Counted from the first letter of the stretch, positions 10,964-21,363 are shown. The stretch: 64,000 bases of DNA from an uncultured Gemmataceae bacterium (GCA_963750165.1 CAVVPN010000003.1:288001-352000), one strand, 5' to 3'. Made by a program: numbers and translations. Notes: a model not told the origin generated them from the sequence alone.

Positions 10964-12403
10964 ATGGACCCTCTGCACGAACACCACCGTCTGCTGACGC
11001 GCCGCACTTTCCTGGGCCGCTCCGGCCTCGGCCTTGGTGCCGTGGCGCTGGCGTCGCTGTTCGGCGAGCGTGGTGACGGCCAGCAGGCGCGACCGGGACT
11101 GCCGCACCACCCACCGCGGGCGCGGCGCATCATCTGCCTGTTCCAGTCCGGCGCACCGTCGCAACTGGACCTCTTCGACCACAAGCCCCGGCTGCGCGAC
11201 TGGTTCGACCGGGACCTGCCCGACTCGGTGCGCCGCGGCCAGCGTTTCACCGGTATGACCGCGACGCAGGAGCGCTTCCCGATTGCGCCGTCGCGCTTCG
11301 CCTTCGCCCGACACGGCCAGAGTGGGGCGTGGGTCAGCGAACTGCTGCCGCACACTGCCCGCACGGTCGATGACCTGTGCTTCATCAAGTCGATGCACAC
11401 CGAGGCGATCAACCACGATCCGGCGATCACGTTCTTCCAGAGCGGCGCCCAGTTGGCGGGCCGGCCGAGCATGGGGGCGTGGGTGAGTTACGGGCTGGGC
11501 AGCGCGTCGCGCGAGCTGCCGGCGTTCGTGGTGCTGGTGTCGCAGGGCAGCGGCAACCCTGCTGACCAACCGCTGTACGACCGGCTGTGGGGCAGTGGCT
11601 TTCTGCCGTCGCGGCACCAGGGCGTGAAGTTCCGCGCTCAGGGCGATCCGGTGCTGTTCCTGGCGAACCCGCCCGGTGTGGACGCCGACACGCGCCGCCG
11701 CTTCCTGGACGATCTGGCTGCCCTGAACCAGCTGCGACACGCCGAGATGGGCGACCCGGAGATTGCGACGCGCACCGCCCAGTACGAACTGGCCTGCCGG
11801 ATGCAGACGAGCGTGCCGGAGCTGACCGACGTGTCGCGCGAGCCGGCGTCCACGTTCGCGCTGTACGGCGAGGACGCACGGACGCCCGGCAGTTACGCGG
11901 CGAACTGTCTTTTGGCGCGGCGGTTGGCGGAGCGTGGCGTGCGTTTCATCCAGCTGTACCACCGCGGCTGGGATCAGCACACGAACCTGCCGCGGCAGAT
12001 CGCCGGCCAGTGCCGCGACACGGACCGGGCGTCGTGGGCGCTGGTGCAGGACCTGAAGCGGCGCGGCCTGCTCGAAGACACGCTGGTGTTCTGGGGGGGC
12101 GAGTTCGGCCGCACGGTGTACTGTCAGGGCACGCTGACGACGGCGAATTATGGCCGCGACCATCACCCGCGCTGCTTCACGGTCTGGCTGGCTGGTGGCG
12201 GCATCCGGCCGGGCATGACCTTCGGCCAGACGGATGATTTCTCGTACAACGTGGAGCGCGACCCCGTGAGCGTGCATGACCTGCACGCGACGCTCCTGCA
12301 CTGCCTGGGCATTGACCATCGGCGGCTGACGTTCCGTTTCCAGGGGCGGGATTTTCGGCTGACGGATGTGTTCGGCAACGTGCTGAATGGGGTGTTGCGC
12401 TAA
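10964..12403 (+). CDS. DUF1501 family protein (planctomycete sulfatase-like), Tat motif
   Basis: TRRTFL, LFQSGAPSQLDLFDHKP, GRPSMGAWVSYGLGS, GWDQH, WGGEFGRT, GRDHHP, RLTDV. Confidence 0.93.
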   Translation: MDPLHEHHRLLTRRTFLGRSGLGLGAVALASLFGERGDGQQARPGLPHHPPRARRIICLFQSGAPSQLDLFDHKPRLRDWFDRDLPDSVRRGQRFTGMTATQERFPIAPSRFAFARHGQSGAWVSELLPHTARTVDDLCFIKSMHTEAINHDPAITFFQSGAQLAGRPSMGAWVSYGLGSASRELPAFVVLVSQGSGNPADQPLYDRLWGSGFLPSRHQGVKFRAQGDPVLFLANPPGVDADTRRRFLDDLAALNQLRHAEMGDPEIATRTAQYELACRMQTSVPELTDVSREPASTFALYGEDARTPGSYAANCLLARRLAERGVRFIQLYHRGWDQHTNLPRQIAGQCRDTDRASWALVQDLKRRGLLEDTLVFWGGEFGRTVYCQGTLTTANYGRDHHPRCFTVWLAGGGIRPGMTFGQTDDFSYNVERDPVSVHDLHATLLHCLGIDHRRLTFRFQGRDFRLTDVFGNVLNGVLR

Positions 12404-12424
12404 TGTGGCAATGGCCTCCAACTC

Positions 12425-12631
12425 GTGGCGGGGTGGGCCGGCGGTGGCGAAACAATTCTCATTCACGATCCGGCAGTGGGTGTCCGGTTCGTAGTACCGC
12501 AGCGGACGGACTCCATCCAGCTGCACTTCGTCACCGAACTGGGCGTACTGACCGTGCTCATCCTGACACTGGCCGTGGCGCTGATGCTGCTGCGGAAACG
12601 GGGCGCGCCCGTGGTCGCCGAACGGGCCTGA
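12425..12631 (+). CDS. Possible small single-TM protein
   Basis: Hydrophobic LGVLTVLILTLAVALMLL followed by RKR; start uncertain. Confidence 0.35.
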   Translation: MAGWAGGGETILIHDPAVGVRFVVPQRTDSIQLHFVTELGVLTVLILTLAVALMLLRKRGAPVVAERA

Positions 12632-12792
12632 TGCGCGGGCGGCACGCCCCGCGGGGTCACGGCGGCCGAACTCCACTTGAATCAAAATTGTCTTTTTGTT
12701 ATCAGACCGCCTCTCAACATGAAATAGCCAGTTTATTTCGATGCGGCCGGAGCGCTCCGGCGCTCCCGGACCCTTTTCCCTACGGAGGTGCG

Positions 12793-14538
12793 ATGTCGCC
12801 GCGAACACGGTCTGGCAAGTTCCTCCGGACGCCCCTGGTACTGCTGGGCTGCGTGTTCGCCGCCTGGGCCGCCGTCGCCGCGGGGCAGCAAGCCGTTCTG
12901 TCACCGCCGCTGACCGCCGCGCCGCCGGCGGCCTCGTTGTCCACCGGTGCCACTCCGGACCTTGCCGAGCGCCTCGGCAAACTGGAGGCGCGCCTCGACT
13001 GGTTGATGAACCAGAACCAGGCCCTCCTGCACGAGAACCAGGTACTCGCAGGGAAGGTGGTGGCTCCCATCCACACAGTCGGCAGCCCCGTGCCGCAAGG
13101 CGTGACCAGCGGCCCCTTGCCGGGGATGGCGTTAACCAGCGGGGCCGGCTCGGCAAGCAAGGTGGGGGCGTCGGATTCCTCGGACAAGGGGGGCAAATCC
13201 GACAGTAAGGGTACCGATACCGAGAAGAGCGAAACGCCGCCCTCGGACCCGGAGGCCGTCGGCCGGGCCCAGGAGATCGGCAACCTGCACCTCGGCAAGG
13301 TCGCGCTCAAGGCCACCTACGACTTCGATGACGGCGGCTTCCGGGTGGCCACCGAGGACGGGGAATACTCCTTCGCCATCCGCGGCATGACCCAACTCGA
13401 CGGGATGCTCTACGGCCGGCCGGCCCCTGGGGCGGTCAGCAGCGGCTTCTACAACCCCCGCAGCCGCATCTACTTCGAGGGTCAAGCCACCAAGCCCATC
13501 TCCTGGGAGTTCTCGTTCCAGAACTTTTACGACACCGTCTCCCTGCTCGACGCCTACGTCAACTTCAACTACGACCCGCGCTTCCAGGTGCAACTCGGCC
13601 GCTACAAGAACCCGTTCACCTACGAGTTCTACCACCAGCACATCTGGGATCTGATGGCCCCGGAACGGTCGCTCTTCGCCAACAACTTCGAGGCCAACCG
13701 GCGCTTCGGCCTGATGGCCCACGGCGACCTGTTCGACGACCGCCTTGAGTACGCCCTGGGCAGCTTCGACACGCAGCGGAATTCGCTACGGCCGTTCAAC
13801 AACCGCCAGGACTTCGAGGCGTTCCTCAACGCCAAGCCGTTCTACCCGCGGGAGGCGGGCTTCGTGCTGCGCGACCTCCAGTTCGGCGGCTCGGTCGATC
13901 TGGGCAACGAGCACCAGCCGCCGGTGCCCGCGGTGCTGCGGACCAACCAGGCGCCGGGCGGCGCCGCGGTCAATGGCACCGCGGCCAGCAACGCCGCCGG
14001 CCTGCCGTTCCTGGCGTTCGGCCCGAACGTGCTCGAGCGCGGGCCGCGGGCCCTGTGGGAACTGCACCTGGCCTACTACTACGGGGGGTTGTCGTTCGTG
14101 TCGGCGCTGCAGGGCGGCCACGAGAGCTACGCCAACGGGGCCGTGGCGCCGCCGGTGCGCGTCCCGCTCCACGGCTGGTTCGTGCAGGCCGGCTACCTCC
14201 TCACCGGCGAGACGATCCGCGACCGCACCAACGTGCAGCCGCTCCACCCTTTTGACGTGCGCCCGGGCCACTGCAGCCTGGGCGCCTGGGAAGTGACCGC
14301 CCGCTACAGCGAGCTGATCCTTGACGGCCGGGTCTTCACCGAAGGCCTGGCCGACCCGACGCTGTGGACCAACCACGTCGAACTGATCGACGTCGGCGCC
14401 AACTGGTATCTCAACCAGTTCATCCGGGTTTACCTCGGCTGGGAGCGCTCCCTGTTCGGCAGCCTGGTCTTCTCCGACTCGGGCCACCCCCGGAGGTCAA
14501 ACGACCTGTTCTGGCTGCGGACCCAGGTCTACTTCTGA
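12793..14538 (+). CDS. OprO/OprP-like porin
   Basis: RBS GGAGG, signal peptide, coiled coil, R-IYFEG, LLDAYVN, APERSLF, WEVTARYS, GANWYLN, C-terminal Phe. Confidence 0.85.
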   Translation: MSPRTRSGKFLRTPLVLLGCVFAAWAAVAAGQQAVLSPPLTAAPPAASLSTGATPDLAERLGKLEARLDWLMNQNQALLHENQVLAGKVVAPIHTVGSPVPQGVTSGPLPGMALTSGAGSASKVGASDSSDKGGKSDSKGTDTEKSETPPSDPEAVGRAQEIGNLHLGKVALKATYDFDDGGFRVATEDGEYSFAIRGMTQLDGMLYGRPAPGAVSSGFYNPRSRIYFEGQATKPISWEFSFQNFYDTVSLLDAYVNFNYDPRFQVQLGRYKNPFTYEFYHQHIWDLMAPERSLFANNFEANRRFGLMAHGDLFDDRLEYALGSFDTQRNSLRPFNNRQDFEAFLNAKPFYPREAGFVLRDLQFGGSVDLGNEHQPPVPAVLRTNQAPGGAAVNGTAASNAAGLPFLAFGPNVLERGPRALWELHLAYYYGGLSFVSALQGGHESYANGAVAPPVRVPLHGWFVQAGYLLTGETIRDRTNVQPLHPFDVRPGHCSLGAWEVTARYSELILDGRVFTEGLADPTLWTNHVELIDVGANWYLNQFIRVYLGWERSLFGSLVFSDSGHPRRSNDLFWLRTQVYF

Positions 14539-14931
14539 CCCGCGCCGGCCCGGGGCGCCTGCGCCCGTTATGGGGCAGGCGGCTTCGGCCGGGGCGGTTT
14601 CGGGCCGAAAGCCCTCTTCATGTCGCGCTGGGGGTGGTTCGTAACGACCACCCTTCCCTCCGGAGAAACGCAGGGTGCCGTGCCGAACTGCGGTCCGCCG
14701 TCTGTCAGGGGGCGCGTTCTCCTGACCCAAGGTGCGTCGCGGACTTGAGCAGCACGACAATTCCCTCACAGTTTCTCACGCATCAGGTGTCCACCCGCAC
14801 ACGGCTGGTGCGTTGACGAAAGTCCCAGATAGAACTGGTGATTTTCGCCCCGATGCTCTGAGCATGGCAGGCTTTTTGCCAGTTGGACAACATTCCTTTC
14901 ACCCACCGCTTCCCGCTTGCTGATCATTCCG

Positions 14932-14975
14932 CTTCCCCACACCAGGCACCCGCCTTCCCCACGCCAGGCACCCGC
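14932..14975. repeat. 22-bp tandem duplication
   Basis: cttccccac(a/g)ccaggcacccgc x2. Confidence 0.8.
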
Positions 14976-15086
14976 CTGAGGAGCGCGGCCACGCACGGCT
15001 GCTTGCGGAGCGGGCGGAGAGGGGATTGTGGCAGGCGAGACTAATCCTTTTGGGAGACCGCAACTCTCCTGGCACGGCCCTTGCAG

Positions 15087-15118
15087 GCGATTGTGCGATC
15101 CCGCGATTGTGCGATCCC
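15087..15118. repeat. 16-bp perfect tandem duplication
   Basis: gcgattgtgcgatccc x2. Confidence 0.8.
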
Positions 15119-15176
15119 GGACACCCAATCACCTGTTGGAGGAACAGCCTATGCAGGCGGTGAACAAATGAGAGGT

Positions 15177-15322
15177 CAAGAGCGCTACGACCTGGCGCGG
15201 CGCGTGGACCCGAAGGTGACGATGACGCGCGGCAAGCCGATCCCGGTGGGGCCGGCAACGAAACTGCCCCCGGGCATGCCGTGGAGAAGCTGGCGGCGCT
15301 GACGCCGGACGATATGCTGTGA
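15177..15322 (+). pseudogene. Short remnant resembling the N-terminal region of MauG/CCP-like proteins often annotated 'cytochrome B6'
   Basis: ERYDL....PKVTMTRGKP..G...KLP.G.PW(fs)EKLAALTPDD; family recalled from memory, not searched. Confidence 0.5.
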
Positions 15323-15388
15323 GCGTACTGAATCTGGTCGAATAGTGTGTTGGAACTTCCCAGGAACCCCTCAGCCAAGGAGAACCCC

Positions 15389-16570
15389 ATGTCCGAGATC
15401 CAACGTCGGGACTTTCTGAAAGGGACGGCGGCGTTCGCGGCCGGCGTAACCGCGGCCCTGACCGCGGCCGGGCGCGCCCAGGCTGGCGACCCGAGCTTCA
15501 TGAACAACGTCCCCGACCCGCTGCTCTCCGACAAGCAGCTGCCGAACTTCAAGTTCGCCCTGGAGAAGTCCAAGCCGGGGCGGGTGCAGGGCCAGAGCAC
15601 CGCGAAGGAGGCCAGCGTCCATCAGCTGCCGATCTCCAAGGGCATCGCCGGTGTATCCATGACGCTCGGGCCGGGGGACATGCGCGAGCTGCACTGGCAC
15701 GCCACCGCCGCCGAGTGGGCCTTCGTGAACCGCGGGCGGGTGCGTACCACCGTCCTCGGCCCAGGAGGCATTGCTGAGACGAACGACTTCGAGCCGGGAG
15801 ACGTGTGGTACTTCCCGCGCGGCCACGGCCACATGCTCGAGTGCCTGGGCAAGGAGCCGTGCCACTTCGTGCTAATGTTCGACAACGGCTACTTCTCGGA
15901 GTTCGGCACCTTCAGCATCAGCGACTGGATCGCCCAGGCCCCCAAGCCGCTCGTGGCGAAAAATTTTGGGCTGCCGCAGGCGACCTTCGACAACTTCCCG
16001 CAGCGCGAGGTGTACTTCGCCCACGGGGCGGCGCCGCCGCAGCCGGCCGCCGCCCCGATGGGGGTCGTGCAGCGCTCGCCGCAGACGCACAAGTGGCGGC
16101 TGCTCGCCACTGACCCCATCGTCAACAACCGGGGCGGCAAGCTGTGGATGGTCGATTCCCGGCTGTTCCCGATCTCCAAGACTTTCACCGGCGCGGTCCT
16201 CGAACTGGAGCCGGGGGCGCTGCGCGAACTGCACTGGCACCCGACCGCCGACGAGTGGCAGTACGTCCTGCAGGGGCGGGTGAGCGTGACGCTGTTCGGC
16301 GCCAAGGGACGCTTCCGGACCGAGACACTGGACCAGGGCGACGTCGGCTACATGCCACAGGGCTACGGGCACTCCCTGGAGAACACCGGCGAGGGGGTGG
16401 CCCGGGTGCTCATCGGCTTCAACTCCGGGGTCTACGAGGACATCGACCTGTCAGAGTGGATGGCGGGGAACCCGGTGGACGTGCTGGCCACCAACTTCGG
16501 CCGGCCGGCCGAGGTGTTCCGCAAGTTCCCGACCCGCGACGTCTTCATCGCGCCCAGGCCCGCGAAGTAA
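15389..16570 (+). CDS. oxdC: Oxalate decarboxylase family bicupin with Tat signal peptide
   Basis: QRRDFLKG Tat motif; two cupin Mn sites RELHWH..AAEW and RELHWHPTADEWQY, GHGH/GYGH; lid FSEFGT. Confidence 0.88.
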   Translation: MSEIQRRDFLKGTAAFAAGVTAALTAAGRAQAGDPSFMNNVPDPLLSDKQLPNFKFALEKSKPGRVQGQSTAKEASVHQLPISKGIAGVSMTLGPGDMRELHWHATAAEWAFVNRGRVRTTVLGPGGIAETNDFEPGDVWYFPRGHGHMLECLGKEPCHFVLMFDNGYFSEFGTFSISDWIAQAPKPLVAKNFGLPQATFDNFPQREVYFAHGAAPPQPAAAPMGVVQRSPQTHKWRLLATDPIVNNRGGKLWMVDSRLFPISKTFTGAVLELEPGALRELHWHPTADEWQYVLQGRVSVTLFGAKGRFRTETLDQGDVGYMPQGYGHSLENTGEGVARVLIGFNSGVYEDIDLSEWMAGNPVDVLATNFGRPAEVFRKFPTRDVFIAPRPAK

Positions 16571-16590
16571 TTCGGTCCAGGTCACGACAG

Positions 16591-16625
16591 TACACCCGGC
16601 GCGGCTCACAGCCGCGCCGGGTGTA
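16591..16625. terminator. GC-rich hairpin between convergent genes (possible terminator)
   Basis: tacacccggcgcggct-cac-agccgcgccgggtgta; no U-tract. Confidence 0.5.
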
Positions 16626-17050
16626 TCGTCATGCCGGAAGTTACGCCCAGATCCTTGGTTTCGTGGAGCATGACGCGCCCAACGCCGAGCACGTCGCCGA
16701 AGCTGCTACTGCCCGGGACGAGGCTATCGACGAACGGCACGAAGATGACCATTTCCAGCCGGCGGCTCAGGGGCAAGAAGAGGAGGGTTTCGCCAATATG
16801 TTCGTCCGGCATGCCGTGGAGGCCGCAGGTGTATGAGTAGAGCTGATCCATTTCGCGGCGGAAGAAGCCGTCGGGGGCGTTCACCCAGCCAGTGCGATAG
16901 GCGCCGCTGGAGCCGGCGCCAGGCGGGATCCAGGGGTCGAGCCAACCTGTGAAGAAGTTGCCCAGGCCCAGCGGCATGTGACAGCTGGGGTCATACTTGC
17001 CGCAAATCGATCCGATGATGGATTCAAACAGGCCGTGCTCGTCTCGGCAG
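16606..17050 (-). pseudogene. 3'-truncated fragment of a hypothetical (probably exported/outer-membrane) protein
   Basis: Coding-like GLFESIIGS...GWLDPWIPP..GSSGA.R.GWVN..DGFF.RE...LPLSRRL...VPFV...FGD; ends abruptly in the hairpin. Confidence 0.55.
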
Positions 17051-17424
17051 TAACTGGCCGGACTGCTGGGGGCGCTGCGGCAAGCGGCCGCGAAGACGCC
17101 CGGGGCCGTGCGGGAGCAGTTGCTGCGGTTCGTGAAGGTAAGGGGGTCAAGTTTCGTTTTCGTTCGGCAGAGGCTACGCGGGTTGCTTCGCCGACAGCGT
17201 TTCCGCCAATAACCCTCGGGGCGTCTCGACCAGAAACTGCACGGCCCCGGGATCAATCTCGGGTGCCAAAAAACCATGCGCGGTTTCTGCACAGGCCGGC
17301 AAGGCGATCTTGTTGGGGCTCCCGCGCACGATGACCTCCTTGCCTCACGGGAGCAGAGCAACCGAGTAGAATAACGGCGTCGCCCCCAACCGCTCGCCTT
17401 TCCCCCGATCCCGTGCAGGTGTTC

Positions 17425-19753
17425 ATGGACCCCGCTGCCCCGTCCCGCGACGACCTCGCCACACGCTACCTCGACCAGCTGCCCTACCCGCCCTACCCCG
17501 TGCAGGAGGAGGCGCTGCTGACGTGGTTCACCACCGACCAGGGCGTCCTCGTCTGCGCCCACCGGGACCGGCAAGACACTCATCGCCCAGGCCGCCCTGT
17601 TCGAGGCGCTGCACACCAACCAGATCGCGTACTACACCACGCCGCTGATCGCGCTCACGGAGCAGAAGTTCCGCGAGATGCAGGAGTCCGCGGTGCGCTG
17701 GGGCTTCAGCGCCGATGATGTCGGCCTGGTCACCGGCAACCGCCGCGTCAACCCCAACGCCCGCGTCCTGGTCGTGGTTGCCGAAATCCTCCTCAACCGC
17801 CTGCTGCACGAGGAAGCGTTCGACTTCAGCAACGCCGCCACCGTCGTCATGGACGAGTTCCACAACTTCGCGGACTACGAGCGCGGCATCGTCTGGGAAC
17901 TGACGCTCGCCATGCTGCCGAAGCACGTCCGGTTGCTGCTGCTGTCCGCGACGGTCGGCAACGCCACGGAGTTCTTGAGCTGGCTCGACCACAGCCACGG
18001 CCGCAAATTGCAGCTGGTCGAGGGCCGCGAACGCAAGGTGCCGTTGACGTATAAATGGGTGCCGGACCAGCTGTTGACCGAGCAACTGGTCATCCTGGCG
18101 AAGGGCGACGGCCACACCCGCTACACCCCGGCGCTGGTGTTCTGCTTCAACCGCGACGAGTGCTGGAGCGTCGCCGAGCAGCTCAAGGGCTTGCCGCTGG
18201 TGACGCCGGCGCAGCAGTCCGCCCTGCACGCGGAGGTCAACAAGCTCGACTGGACGCAGGGCGTCGGGCCGAAGTTCAAGCAAATGCTCCACCGCGGCGT
18301 CGGCGTTCACCACGCCGGACTGCTGCCGAAGTACCGCCGCGTCGTCGAGGAGTTGTTCCACCGCAAGATGCTGCCGGTGGTCATCTGCACCGAGACGCTG
18401 GCCGCGGGCATCAACCTGCCGGCGCGCTCGGTCGTGCTCACAGCGCTGGTCAAGGGACCGTTCGGCAAGGAAAAACTTGTGGACCCGAGCACCGCCCACC
18501 AGATCTTCGGCCGCGCCGGCCGGCCGCAGTTCGACGACAAGGGCTTCGTCTTCGCGCTGGCCCACGAGGACGACGTGAAAATCCTGCGCTGGAAGGAGAA
18601 GTACGACCAGATCCCGGAGAACGCGAAGGACCCGAACCTCATCCGGGCGAAGAAGGCCCTGAAAAAGAAGAAACCGACACGCAGCGAAACCCGGCAGTAC
18701 TGGGGCGAGGCGCAGTTCAAGCAGTTGCAGGCCGCGCCGCCGGGCAAGCTCTACAGCAAGGGGCCGCTGCCGTGGCGGCTGCTGGCGTACCTGCTCAAGC
18801 TGTCGCCGGAGGTGTCGCGGGTGCGGTCGGTGGTGCGCAAGCGGCTGATGGACGAGCCGCGCATCCGCGCCGGCGAAATCGCCCTGGAGCAGATGTTGTT
18901 GACGCTGGCGTCCGGCGGTTACGTGACGCTGCACCCCGAGCCGCCGCCGCTGGGGGAGGATGGCAACCCGACACCGGAACGCAAGGCGTACCGCTCCGAA
19001 CTGGCGTCGCCGACGCCGCTGCTCGACCGTCTGCTGGTCTTCCGCGGCGTCCACCCGCTGTACGGGGCATTCCTGGTCGAGCACCTGGGCATCGCCAACC
19101 GTGATGAGCGCCTCCAGGCGTTCGAGAGCGTGCTGGAGGTGCCGCGGGCGATCCTCAAGTTCGTGCGGGTGCCGTGGGAGGACCGCCTGCCGCCGGGGCC
19201 GCTGGCGACGACCCGGCTCGACCAGGAACTGATCCAGCGCGGCCTGATGGTCGCCAAGCCGGAGCCGTCGCCGGAGGACGAGGAAGAGCAGGACGAGTGG
19301 ATCGCCCCGGAGGACCGGCCGCCGACGCTGGCGGAGAAGCTACGGATGCTGTTCGACGCGAAGTACCCGGACGTGACGGACGTTTCGACGCAGTCGGTGT
19401 GGGCGGCGGGCGAACTGCTGCGCTTCGGCGGCAATTTCAACAAGTTCGTGCAGGCGCGCGACCTGGTCAAGCAGGAGGGCATTGTCTTCCGCCACTTCCT
19501 GCGGCTGATCCTGCTGCTGGGCGAATTCCAGGCACTGACCCCGCCTGAGGCCAATGCCGAGGAGTGGCAGAAGGAGCTGCGCGACATTGCCGAGCAGCTA
19601 ACGGCGAGCTGCCGGGCGGTCGATCCGCAGAGCACCGATGAGGTGATTGAGCTGGCGCACGCGGCGGATGTGGTCGAGGGCGAGACGGTGGCGGCGCCGG
19701 CCCCCCCCCCGCAGGCGCCGCCGGAGCGGGTGTTCGGCGAGGGAATTCTTTGA
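17425..19753 (+). CDS. Ski2/HelY-like DEAD/DEAH-box helicase (DUF3516 type); frameshift near 17558
   Basis: PYPVQEEA, (A)PTGTGKT split by the indel, [44 protein letters not shown]. Confidence 0.92.
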
Positions 19754-19877
19754 CTCGGCCGTTGGGAAGCGGCGCAACTGCACAACATGCCAACCGAAGG
19801 GATTATAGAATCCAATTCTGTTCTCAGGATGGTCACATGGGTATTACCGACCGCTATTACGGAAGGCGGTGCCAGCC

Positions 19878-20726
19878 ATGAGATGGGAGCAACCGTTTTT
19901 GACAGTGACCCCAGCAGTCGCATTCCTCGGCCTCATCCTGCTCGGCTGGGACGTCGTGGAGACGTTCGCCATGTATGCTCCTACCTGGCTGCTCTGGATT
20001 CCCCTGGTTTGCCTGCTTCCGCTGAGCATTCATATTTGCCGGTGGGTCTGGTCGTCAGGTAAGAAAGTCCCCCACCCGTTCGGAATCCTGCTTCCCGTTG
20101 GCCTCGTAATCGTCTTCCCCCTCTGGTTTGCTGGTGAGCGGCTAGCGCGTGAGATTCCGGGATTCTGCAGTTTGGGGACAGGGTACGAGGTAAAGCCCCT
20201 TCGTCCGGGGAAGGTTGATCCGACTGCGACGTTCTCTGTAGGTGCTCTGGGGTGGGGAAATTCACACTACTTCGAGTTTACGTTGGTAACGTTCCGGTAC
20301 GCGAGCGCGCATTGCGACGACGATTTGTACGTCAGCCTTCCCCAATGGCACGGTCACTACACCGACACCTATACGACCAACTTCCCGGTCACGCGCGAGA
20401 AGGTGCTTGAGTACGTCCGGCAGTGCGACGAGTTTCCGCCCGGTGATGCGGAGGTGCTGGCCGATCAGTTATGGGAACTCCTGCAAAAATATCAAGAAAA
20501 GCGCGACATGCCGCCTATCGTCTACGGCAGTGACCGTCTCCCGGAGGGACAGCCGCAGATCATCTATTCGGTCTCGGGGCGGGCCATTTACGGGGTAACG
20601 CTACTCCTGGCCGTTCCCATCCTGATTATCGTCGCCTGGTTCCTTGCGGGCTGGTATTGCCGCCGTGTACTGGTGGCGGCTTCCAAAGCCACGGCGTCGC
20701 ATGGCAGTCAATCCTCTGGGTGCTGA
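19878..20726 (+). CDS. Hypothetical membrane protein (lower GC)
   Basis: 3 N-terminal TMs, soluble domain, C-terminal TM; visibly more AT-rich codon usage. Confidence 0.7.
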   Translation: MRWEQPFLTVTPAVAFLGLILLGWDVVETFAMYAPTWLLWIPLVCLLPLSIHICRWVWSSGKKVPHPFGILLPVGLVIVFPLWFAGERLAREIPGFCSLGTGYEVKPLRPGKVDPTATFSVGALGWGNSHYFEFTLVTFRYASAHCDDDLYVSLPQWHGHYTDTYTTNFPVTREKVLEYVRQCDEFPPGDAEVLADQLWELLQKYQEKRDMPPIVYGSDRLPEGQPQIIYSVSGRAIYGVTLLLAVPILIIVAWFLAGWYCRRVLVAASKATASHGSQSSGC

Positions 20727-20821
20727 CGGGGGATGGAGGCCGAGTTGCCGGTGGACTGGCCATTCCATCGCTTGAGCACAACGGTTAGAATCGATACGCC
20801 CTCATGATGGAGGTGTGAACA

Positions 20822-21028
20822 ATGTCCACGCTCATCACCGGCGTCGTCAAGGACGGGGTCGTTGTCCCCAGCGTGCCGCTGCCCGACGGGACGTGGGTGG
20901 AAATTCATGTGCCCGATGCGCCCCCGGCGGTATCGCCGGAGTTGCAGGAAGAGATGGACGCCTGGGACCGCGCCAGCGATCGCGCCCTGGAACTGGTCGA
21001 TCGTTTGGCGGAAGAGCTGGACTCCTGA
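20822..21028 (+). CDS. Putative antitoxin (DUF104/AF2212-like)
   Basis: RBS GGAGG; GVVKDGVVVPSVPLPDGTWVEI N-terminus, acidic C-terminus, directly upstream of toxin. Confidence 0.7.
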   Translation: MSTLITGVVKDGVVVPSVPLPDGTWVEIHVPDAPPAVSPELQEEMDAWDRASDRALELVDRLAEELDS

Positions 21029-21363
21029 AAAAAGGTGAGGTGTGGCGAGTCCGAATACTGCCGGGCGGTGGCCGCGTTCAGGCTGGCGACCGCCCGGCCG
21101 TTATCCTGCAAGAAGATGTTTACATCCAATCGCTGCCGACCGTTTTGCTCGTGCCTTTTACCAGCTCCCTGGCGGCGGCCCGGTTCGACTGCACGCTGGT
21201 CGTTCAACCCGACAACCAGAACGGCCTGACCGTGCCGTCCGTTGCCCTCGTGTTTCAAGCGCGGGCACTGGATAAACGTGATTTCTTGCAGCGCCTGGGA
21301 GCACTGGATGCCGCCACCCTCGGCCAGGTGTTTGCGATCCTCGATCAGTTGACCGGACGGTAA
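21025..21363 (+). CDS. mazF: PemK/MazF family toxin (type II TA)
   Basis: KKGEVWRV....GRVQAGDRPAVILQ...TVLLVPFTS...NGL..PSVAL..Q.RALDK..F..RLG. Confidence 0.88.
   Translation: MKKGEVWRVRILPGGGRVQAGDRPAVILQEDVYIQSLPTVLLVPFTSSLAAARFDCTLVVQPDNQNGLTVPSVALVFQARALDKRDFLQRLGALDAATLGQVFAILDQLTGR

Noticed and set aside
10694..13156. N-terminal ~820 aa of the 1653-aa ORF 8195..13156
   Set aside because: Antisense shadow of the DUF1501 and porin genes; the real protein starts at the signal peptide MKSPLIL (10693)
20815..21363. 182-aa ORF as a long MazF
   Set aside because: The first ~70 codons overlap the antitoxin out of frame; MazF similarity begins at 21025
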